Source: a virus (Duplodnaviria; Caudoviricetes). Taken from it: a stretch of 64,000 nt of DNA. The notes under the pieces were generated by a model. It did no database searches. It was not told where the DNA came from and saw nothing but the letters and a program-made list of their open reading frames with translations. Numbering within the stretch: the stretch's first letter is position 1; the number at the start of each line of letters is the position of its first letter. Both the position numbers and the translations under genes were made by a program. The stretch covers positions 1-64,000 of the IMG/VR virus record IMGVR_UViG_3300029288_000113. The stretch is one strand, 5' to 3'. Of the stretch, positions 54,548 to 61,743 are shown one piece after another.

Positions 54548-55156
54548 ATGGCTTATGATGCCGATAAGAAAGCCGATGGGCTGGATGCCAAGGCAACCCC
54601 GGTTGATGCCGACCGGTTACCTTTTTGGGATTCAGTGACCAGCCTCCTGAGTCAATTTACCTGGGCCAACCTCAAGGCCGCGTTGTACTTGAGCACTGTG
54701 ACCAGTGACATCCAGGCTCAGCTTGATGAGAAGGCCTCCGCCGCCCTGAACAACAACCTCGCCAATGGCGAGCACGACGGTCCAGTGGAGGACATTCTCC
54801 TAGGGGCGACTGTCACTGCCGGCCAAGCCCTGGAACAGTACAATGATGCCGGGACCACCAAGTTCAAGCCCGCGGTCAAGAACTCCACCACCGGGGCATC
54901 GCACCTGGCCTTGGCTGCTGGGGACGCCGGGGACACCATCCAGGGTCTCATCGGGGGACTCTGCCGAATGGACGATGTCTTTAACTTCACCGAAGGCAAC
55001 CTGCTCTGGCGGGACCTGACCACAGACGGATCCATCACCTCCACCCAACCCACGGCGGAGGACGATGTCATGCAGTTCCTGGCACTTCGGCGAAGTGACC
55101 ACGTCATCCTCTGGTGTCCGTTCCCGCTACCCATGACCCTGGGGGTACAACCATAA
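54548..55156 (+). CDS. Putative fibre/decoration structural protein
   Basis: KATPVDAD, TWANLKA, VTSDIQAQLD fibre-like motifs. Confidence 0.6.
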   Translation: MAYDADKKADGLDAKATPVDADRLPFWDSVTSLLSQFTWANLKAALYLSTVTSDIQAQLDEKASAALNNNLANGEHDGPVEDILLGATVTAGQALEQYNDAGTTKFKPAVKNSTTGASHLALAAGDAGDTIQGLIGGLCRMDDVFNFTEGNLLWRDLTTDGSITSTQPTAEDDVMQFLALRRSDHVILWCPFPLPMTLGVQP

Positions 55157-56091
55157 TGGCCGTCTCATTGTCAGGTGTCGAGCTTGTAGCCGACGGGAAT
55201 ATGGAGGCCGCTGGTGTTGCCTCGTGGTCTCAGTATGGTACGAACTCAACCTTTGAAAAGGCGGCTCAGGATGGCAGCCAGGCATTACACATAGTTAACA
55301 CCACCACACAAGCTGGCGCTCGCCAGACGGTTGCACCAACAGCCGGGTTGTGGTATAGGTTGTCTGGGAAACTTAAAAGTGTTTCTGGAACCTTATGGTT
55401 CAAGTATGAGACCGATGCAGTGGGTGGTTTTGTTGTTGCTCTACAAAATATCGCACCAGCTGCACAGACATCCTATAAGGGCAGTGGTATTTTTAAGGGC
55501 GGTCCCAACCACAGGATTTACATCAGCGCCTTTTCGGGTGTAACCGCCGAGTTCTATGCCGATGATGTCTCCTTTCAGCAGATTGTCAACGCCTCCATGT
55601 TCTCTGCCCAGGTGGACTCTGGGTCATCCGATGTAGCCGAAGCGTCGGTAGCTGTGACCTGCCCCTCCACCTATGAGGCCCCAGCGGGAGTGGCGATCTG
55701 CATGAACGCCAATGACCCTAGTAAGTATATTTTAGGGGCAGTGTTTCGACGGGTCGGATACATGAACAGGGTCCAAGTCTACTCAGTTGATGGAACTACA
55801 GTGACCCAAGTTTATGACGGTGCCATAACCTATGTGGCTGGGCAACGGGTCAAGTTGGTAAAGTCGGGGGACACGGTTAATATTTTTTACAACGGGGTTC
55901 AAATCAATCCTAGTGGTTTGAATATTCCGGGATTCACCGGCACCATACACGGTCTATTTAACACCGATAACGACAACACTCTGGGAGCCTACACCCTGCC
56001 AGGACCGCCTGTGGTGGGGGTCACCTTGTTTGGTAAGTCCATTGCTCAGATATTTGGCAAGGCTGTGAAGCAGGTAGGAGGGAAACCCTGA
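55156..56091 (+). CDS. Carbohydrate-binding/lectin-like beta-sandwich protein
   Basis: ELVADGNME..W, YRLSG, FYADDVS (CBM4/9-like). Confidence 0.55.
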   Translation: MAVSLSGVELVADGNMEAAGVASWSQYGTNSTFEKAAQDGSQALHIVNTTTQAGARQTVAPTAGLWYRLSGKLKSVSGTLWFKYETDAVGGFVVALQNIAPAAQTSYKGSGIFKGGPNHRIYISAFSGVTAEFYADDVSFQQIVNASMFSAQVDSGSSDVAEASVAVTCPSTYEAPAGVAICMNANDPSKYILGAVFRRVGYMNRVQVYSVDGTTVTQVYDGAITYVAGQRVKLVKSGDTVNIFYNGVQINPSGLNIPGFTGTIHGLFNTDNDNTLGAYTLPGPPVVGVTLFGKSIAQIFGKAVKQVGGKP

Positions 56092-58409
56092 TGTTTATTG
56101 GTGGTGGACGACCAATAACCCGGTTCTTTTTTAACGTTAATACAAACCGTTTGCGAGTTACCACACCCAAGCTGTCTGTGATCTTTGACCGTGGTGTTAT
56201 CCACTACCTGGACAATAGGCAAACTGGTACAGTCCTATTGGATGCCAATTTTGCAGACAATACGCCGGCATTACGTGGGTTCAAGAATAGTAATACATCC
56301 TTTATGGCCTTTTACCCGGCAGGCGTGCCGGAATTTGTGCTGGTTACGCCTCTAAAGGCGACGTTGGCTTATACTGTGACCAACGCCACATTCTTGTATA
56401 CCTTCGAGGTGGACGGTGATGAAATACTTATTTCTATGAGTGGCACGGAATCGGAGGCTACGGGCTACCATCCAGAGCGGGCCTATCTGCCCATCGTTAA
56501 CTTGATGAAATCCGGCGCCGGTAGTGCCACTAATGTCCTCCTTGGTCCCCAGAGTTTTGCTAGTGCTGATGCAACTGCCCTGAGCAAATACCATGCCCCA
56601 CCTGATGTATGCTGTGTTGAGGGAGCTTCGGGTGTAGTGGGGTTTTGGTCAGAGAACGATTATTACCAGCCACATGGAATAATTTTGGATCACGTCCAAA
56701 GTGATCATACACATTTGACTACTTTTTGTGATTCAGAGCCCAATGCCCAGATCGCCGATGTGCAGTCTATCAGTCTTGGACCAGTACGGTTCTCTGCACA
56801 GTCCACTTGGCTGGGTGTGGTCAAGAGGTGGAGAGCCAAGTTTGAGGCCCGGTATCCAGATGCTACCTATGTCTGGAATCACCCGGCAGGATGGCCTGCT
56901 GATATCCACTGTTCCTACCAATCGAACCATAGCTCGGTTCTGGCTGGGTGGGACAGTGTGCGGGAGGCAATTGACCCCACCAAGTTACTTATCTACATTG
57001 ACCTGTCTGGATGGCAATTGCTTTTCGGTGATAATGGAGCCTATGCCACTGGTGCAGCAGGTCGGCATAGGAAGTCAAGCCTTCCGAGTATCGCGGAAAT
57101 GGATTATTGGGCCAGCAAGGGGTGGACTTGGAATGTGCAAGGTTATTGGCACTTCACCATGTTTCACCAAGATCCAGACGCACTACTTGCCACCATTGCC
57201 TATGACACACCTGATGGATATACCAAGGCTAACTTCACCCCGGATTATGCTGGGTATGACCCCCAGTTGACTGCCGAAGAGCAGATGGCTGCATGGCTGG
57301 CATATTGGGCAGACATAAAAGCCAATTATACAGCCAGTGGAGTGACACAACTTGCCCACCCAGCCTCACCTCAATTTCAGGCATTTGTGCTGCGAAACTA
57401 TGTCAACTTTTGTACCACTTTCGGCCTAAGAGGATGTTTCTGGGATATCTCTGGAGCTGATAAGGATAGTAATTATGTAACCTATAACCCAGGCTCAAGG
57501 GTGATCAATGGCAAGGGCTACATCCAAGGGACAGTCGAGTCCATGGCCCTGGTTAATGCCACTTACCCAGCCATGGCTGAGGATATCCAGGTCGAACTTA
57601 TCCCTTACTTCTGGTTCTGCTGGGCCGGTCCCAGAGACACTTGGGTTAAGGTCAACCACCCGTTCTGGAGTGCCTTATTATCCAGCTATTTCTGGTCCAA
57701 CGACAACGAACCTCGGGATGATTACGACCCGAACCGCAGCGCCCTGATGGGGGGCTTGCCGAAGTTCTACCTTGTGGGCGACTATGCCTCAGACTTCCTG
57801 GCACCGTTCAGCTTGGCCAAGGCCACCCTGTACTGTGATAAAGAGTTGCACTGCGACCTGCCGACTACCTGGGCCAGTGGGGTCTTGAACTATTTCCGTA
57901 GTAATACGGGGAACTGGTTCAAAGTGGTGGGGCTGGATGCTTCGCAGCACTTGGCCTACGTCGAGGAGGCCGACGGTGGTGATGTGAACCACCTGATCTT
58001 TGAACGGGTGGATGTGACGGTATGCCCGGCCACTACGGGGGTGGATATCGTCTTTAGCGATACCTACGCGGAGACGCCGACCGTTGGGATACAGTCCTAT
58101 ATGCCCGGTTGCACTTCTTCCGGGACAACTGTCACCTGTCCCGACACGGCTGGGCTGGTGGTGGGGCAGCATATCCATAAGACCGGAGAAATTTCAAGCA
58201 CCTACACCAAAACCATTGCAGAGATTCTTGGGGCCACTACGTTCAGGATTTCCTCCGCCTTCACCAATGACCTGACCGGGGACAACCTGACAGTGCAGGA
58301 GGAAATCAACACTGTCACCGGCCTGAACGTTGAAGGGTGCCACATGGAGGTGCTGAATGGTGCGGTTTCTGTAGAACGTACCATTGACTGGTACGTATTT
58401 GGTGCATGA
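56091..58409 (+). CDS. Large glycoside-hydrolase-like protein
   Basis: Aromatic-rich; HPASPQFQ..GCFWD..MAED resembles TIM-barrel GH catalytic segments. Confidence 0.45.
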   Translation: MFIGGGRPITRFFFNVNTNRLRVTTPKLSVIFDRGVIHYLDNRQTGTVLLDANFADNTPALRGFKNSNTSFMAFYPAGVPEFVLVTPLKATLAYTVTNATFLYTFEVDGDEILISMSGTESEATGYHPERAYLPIVNLMKSGAGSATNVLLGPQSFASADATALSKYHAPPDVCCVEGASGVVGFWSENDYYQPHGIILDHVQSDHTHLTTFCDSEPNAQIADVQSISLGPVRFSAQSTWLGVVKRWRAKFEARYPDATYVWNHPAGWPADIHCSYQSNHSSVLAGWDSVREAIDPTKLLIYIDLSGWQLLFGDNGAYATGAAGRHRKSSLPSIAEMDYWASKGWTWNVQGYWHFTMFHQDPDALLATIAYDTPDGYTKANFTPDYAGYDPQLTAEEQMAAWLAYWADIKANYTASGVTQLAHPASPQFQAFVLRNYVNFCTTFGLRGCFWDISGADKDSNYVTYNPGSRVINGKGYIQGTVESMALVNATYPAMAEDIQVELIPYFWFCWAGPRDTWVKVNHPFWSALLSSYFWSNDNEPRDDYDPNRSALMGGLPKFYLVGDYASDFLAPFSLAKATLYCDKELHCDLPTTWASGVLNYFRSNTGNWFKVVGLDASQHLAYVEEADGGDVNHLIFERVDVTVCPATTGVDIVFSDTYAETPTVGIQSYMPGCTSSGTTVTCPDTAGLVVGQHIHKTGEISSTYTKTIAEILGATTFRISSAFTNDLTGDNLTVQEEINTVTGLNVEGCHMEVLNGAVSVERTIDWYVFGA

Positions 58410-58449
58410 GATGTCATTGAGCTGATTTCAAATTGGGAGGACCATTCAA

Positions 58450-58827
58450 ATGTCTAGCAGGACCACGGCCGCGGCAGTCAAAGCCATCATGAAGACCGGC
58501 GTCACCGAGGCACAGATCACCGCCAGTGGTATCCTGGATGATGCCTATAACTTTGTGACCAACAAACTCGGTGACCAGTCACTGGGTGATGACCTCCTGG
58601 CCAGCATTGAGAAATGGGTGGCAGCCCACATGGTGTCCCTGGGCTTGGACCGCCAGATAAGTGAGGGTAAGGGTGGTACGGCATCAGCCAAGTACACTGG
58701 GCGGTATGACAGCAATCTCATGATGACCAGCTACGGCCAGATGGCCTGCTCACTGGATCCGACAGGAATTCTGGCGGCGGCAGGATCCAAGTCTGTCCAG
58801 GTCCACGCTGTGACGAGTTTCTCATGA
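58450..58827 (+). CDS. Head-tail adaptor
   Basis: RTT..AVKAI, IEKWVAAH, TSYGQMA..LDPTG. Confidence 0.75.
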   Translation: MSSRTTAAAVKAIMKTGVTEAQITASGILDDAYNFVTNKLGDQSLGDDLLASIEKWVAAHMVSLGLDRQISEGKGGTASAKYTGRYDSNLMMTSYGQMACSLDPTGILAAAGSKSVQVHAVTSFS

Positions 58828-59216
58828 GCCTCCAATCATTCATCGAAACGGCCTGCCCCCAGGTGGCCACATATTGGGGCCTGCCTGTTCCAGACGGCAG
58901 AGGCAACATGTCGCGTGGCGATCCCGTTGAGTTGAGGGTCAGGTGGGATGATTCGACCAAGCTGATCAAGGATGACAAGGGCAAGGAGGTTGCGTGCCGG
59001 GCCGAGGTGTTGGTCGCCGGCCGCCTGCAGCCGGATGGCTCCTTGGTTCCCATTGACCTTGTGGTGGATGGCATGCTGTACCTCAGTGCATTGGACGACA
59101 TTGATTCGTCAGGCCAGGATGACCCCTTGTCCCTGGGGGCCTGGCCCATAATCAGGTTTGACAAGGTTCCGGAGTTTGCAAGTACCGAGGACTTTGTCAG
59201 GACCGCATATCTGTGA
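58824..59216 (+). CDS. Head closure protein
   Basis: QVATYWG, PVELRVRW; position. Confidence 0.65.
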   Translation: MSLQSFIETACPQVATYWGLPVPDGRGNMSRGDPVELRVRWDDSTKLIKDDKGKEVACRAEVLVAGRLQPDGSLVPIDLVVDGMLYLSALDDIDSSGQDDPLSLGAWPIIRFDKVPEFASTEDFVRTAYL

Positions 59217-59223
59217 GGCTGCC

Positions 59224-59553
59224 ATGGCTGCTTTTGAAATGAGTTCTACCAGGATTTTCTTGAACAAGGAAGGGCAGTTGGTGATCTCGATGCCCAACAG
59301 TGGCTATGAGCCAACCGAGGAGGATGTGGAGCTCAAGGAGGTGGGTGGGCTGGACATCAGGATGAGGCCGAATGAGGTCGTGATCGCCGAGGTGAAATTG
59401 ATGTCCCTTTCTGAAAATCCCTATTTGAAGGTGTGCAGGCCGGTATTCATGGTTGCAGACCCAATCACCGGCAGGTTGAGGTCGGTCAAGAAGATCGAAT
59501 TCACCGACGGCGACATCTGGGAGAACCAATGTGTCGTACCTCAAGGGACTTGA
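59224..59553 (+). CDS. Hypothetical protein
   Basis: ORF inserted in the neck module. Confidence 0.5.
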   Translation: MAAFEMSSTRIFLNKEGQLVISMPNSGYEPTEEDVELKEVGGLDIRMRPNEVVIAEVKLMSLSENPYLKVCRPVFMVADPITGRLRSVKKIEFTDGDIWENQCVVPQGT

Positions 59554-59965
59554 CGATGTCCTCAGGAACCTGAACAGGGAAATCAAGGCCATCGAGGGGC
59601 GTTCACTGAAGGGCATGCTGTTGGCGGTGGCTGAGATCAGGCGGGACATTGACCAGATACCACCCAAGGTGCCCATAGGTCCCACGGCCGAGCAGGTTGC
59701 GGCCCTGGAGAAGATGGGCATCTATAGGGAGCATGGCACTGGTAACCTGCGTGCCAGCTGGTTCTCCGAGCCATTGAATCTTCCTACCGGCCCTGCTGTC
59801 ATATTTGGCCATGCTGCCAATTATGCGGCCTACGTACATGAGATGATCGGGGCAATCCATTGGTCCAGGCCTGGAGCCGGGCCCAAATGGCTGCAGGCCC
59901 ACATCAGGAGGACCAAGGACCGGACATTGAGGATAATCGGTGAAAATGCGAGGATTCCCACATGA
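59531..59965 (+). CDS. HK97 gp10-like tail completion protein
   Basis: LKGLDDVLRNL, TGNLRAS, NYAAYVHE, PKWL. Confidence 0.8.
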   Translation: MSYLKGLDDVLRNLNREIKAIEGRSLKGMLLAVAEIRRDIDQIPPKVPIGPTAEQVAALEKMGIYREHGTGNLRASWFSEPLNLPTGPAVIFGHAANYAAYVHEMIGAIHWSRPGAGPKWLQAHIRRTKDRTLRIIGENARIPT

Positions 59966-60357
59966 ACTCGGCAGCCTATGATGTCCAGGACATCCTGGTG
60001 GCAGCAGGACTTGGGCTGGTGGTGAGCACCAACCTATTCAAGGGCCAGGAGCCGTCCGCTCCGGCGAATTGTGTTACGGTCTATGACACCCCGGGTGGCC
60101 CAGCCGAATTAACCATGGACAAGCAGGGATATTACCATCCTGCCATCCAGGTCCGGGTCAGGAACACCAATTACGACAATGGCTATGCCTTGATCGATTT
60201 GATAAAGAATGTCCTCCATGGATTGTCCCATGAGGTGTGGAATGGGACCTCATATGAATTCATTCAGTGTGACCAGGACCCGTTCCTGTTGGACTATGAT
60301 GGTTCGGGCAGGCCACGATTTGTCTGCAATTTCAGCATCCAGCGGCGCCCCTTATAG
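59962..60357 (+). CDS. Tail terminator (minor capsid family)
   Basis: VYDTPG, P.IQVRVR, R.RFVCNF. Confidence 0.75.
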   Translation: MNSAAYDVQDILVAAGLGLVVSTNLFKGQEPSAPANCVTVYDTPGGPAELTMDKQGYYHPAIQVRVRNTNYDNGYALIDLIKNVLHGLSHEVWNGTSYEFIQCDQDPFLLDYDGSGRPRFVCNFSIQRRPL

Positions 60358-60360
60358 CAT

Positions 60361-60395
60361 TAGGGTTTTGGTCGCTGAATATTTATAATTAATCC
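60361..60395 (+). promoter_or_regulatory. Class A promoter motif upstream of the tail tube gene
   Basis: TAGGGTTTTGGTCGCTGAATATTTATAATTAATCC. Confidence 0.75.
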
Positions 60396-60398
60396 AAA

Positions 60399-60461
60399 TG
60401 GCCACGGGAGGAACCCGGGCCGGATCACCCATAAAAGGGCGAATCCGGCCTTTTCCTTTTT
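60399..60461 (+). terminator. Conserved leader with terminator-like hairpin (attenuator candidate)
   Basis: TGGCCACGGGAGGAACCCG + GGCCGGAT..ATCCGGCC TTTTCCTTTTT. Confidence 0.6.
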
Positions 60462-60485
60462 AGGGTCGAATGAAGGAGGTGCTTT

Positions 60486-60926
60486 ATGCCAAGTGATGCT
60501 GTAGCTGGTGTTGGGACTCAATTCCGACGCTACAATACCGGCGCAGGTGCATGGGAAGGCGTGGCCGAAATCCTGTCCTATGATGGCCCCAACAAAAAGC
60601 GGGACACCATTGATGTGACCAACATGGACTCCCCGGGTGGATACCGGGAATTCATTGGGGGTTTCAGGGACGGTGGCGAGGTCAAGATTCCCATGAATTT
60701 CACCAGGGATGGCTATGATCTCATGAATGATGATTTTGAATCCGAGACCAAGCAAACTTATGAGATAGCTCTCCCAGATGCCGACAACACCACATTCTCT
60801 TTCCTGGGCCTGGTGACTGGCCTGGATCTCAAGGTGCCGACCGACAAGCAGATCACTGCCGATGTGACCATCAAGGTCAGCGGTACGATCACCACCAATT
60901 CCGGTTCCGGCCCTGCCCCTGTGTAA
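60486..60926 (+). CDS. Major tail (tube) protein, lambda gpV-like
   Basis: TIDVTNMDSPGGYREFIGGFRDGGEV, TIKVSG. Confidence 0.88.
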   Translation: MPSDAVAGVGTQFRRYNTGAGAWEGVAEILSYDGPNKKRDTIDVTNMDSPGGYREFIGGFRDGGEVKIPMNFTRDGYDLMNDDFESETKQTYEIALPDADNTTFSFLGLVTGLDLKVPTDKQITADVTIKVSGTITTNSGSGPAPV

Positions 60927-60976
60927 ACCCGAAGCCCTAATCATGGGCTGAACCATATCTTTGGAGGTGCCTGATC

Positions 60977-61357
60977 ATGGCAATATTGACAAGAGAGCAA
61001 CTGCTGGCCCCCAAGAAGTTTAAGATCGAGGAGTTGCAACTGAGCACTGGCAAGGTATATGTCCGTCAAATGAGCGGGTTAGACAAGGGCCAGTTTGACC
61101 TTACGCTTGGGCGCTGGGAGGATTATATCGAGGACGGTGAACCCAAGGAGCGGTGGGTGCGCACCATGGACAATTTCAGGGGCAAAATTGCCGTCCATAC
61201 CCTCTGTGACAAGGATGGCACTCTCCTACTCAAACCTGAAGATGCGGAAGAGTTTGCCAGGAACACCACCCCCCAAGACCTGATGCTGATCGCTGACCTG
61301 GCCCAGAAACTGAATAATGTTTCCCAGGTGGACAGGGCAAAGATAAGAAAAAACTGA
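60977..61357 (+). CDS. Tail assembly chaperone (gpG-like)
   Basis: ILTREQLL, VYVRQMSG, LCDKDG; ends at slippery A AAA AAC TGA. Confidence 0.8.
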   Translation: MAILTREQLLAPKKFKIEELQLSTGKVYVRQMSGLDKGQFDLTLGRWEDYIEDGEPKERWVRTMDNFRGKIAVHTLCDKDGTLLLKPEDAEEFARNTTPQDLMLIADLAQKLNNVSQVDRAKIRKN

Positions 61358-61743
61358 GAAGGCGGCCTGGTCGCCGCCTTCTATTCCGTCTATGCCTGGC
61401 TGGTTTGGCTCCCCATCCGGACTTCCTGGAACTGATTCTCACTGGGAATCAGGTGGTCGAGTGGGAGGAATTTGACAGGCTGGAGCCACTGGGGGGCTAC
61501 AAGGATGATTTCCGATTTGCCCAGCTGTGCAACCTCATATATGTGCTTGCCCATGCAATTGGCGGCACCAAGGTTGAATCCAAGGTGCAGGATTTCATGC
61601 CCTGGTGGTTCATGCAGTACATCAAGGATGCTAACCTGCCCAAGAGGCAGTCGGTGGATGAGATGAAGGCAAACCTGATGGCCTGGGCCAAGAGGCATAA
61701 CAGGATGGTCGCAAGGCAATCCCGGAGAGAGGGGCAAAAATAA
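61354..61743 (+). CDS. Tail assembly chaperone gpT part (-1 frameshift extension)
   Basis: The -1 frame is open from CTG at 61354: LRRRPGRRLLFRLCLAG...EWEEFDRLEPLG..DFMP. Confidence 0.75.
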   Translation: MRRRPGRRLLFRLCLAGLAPHPDFLELILTGNQVVEWEEFDRLEPLGGYKDDFRFAQLCNLIYVLAHAIGGTKVESKVQDFMPWWFMQYIKDANLPKRQSVDEMKANLMAWAKRHNRMVARQSRREGQK

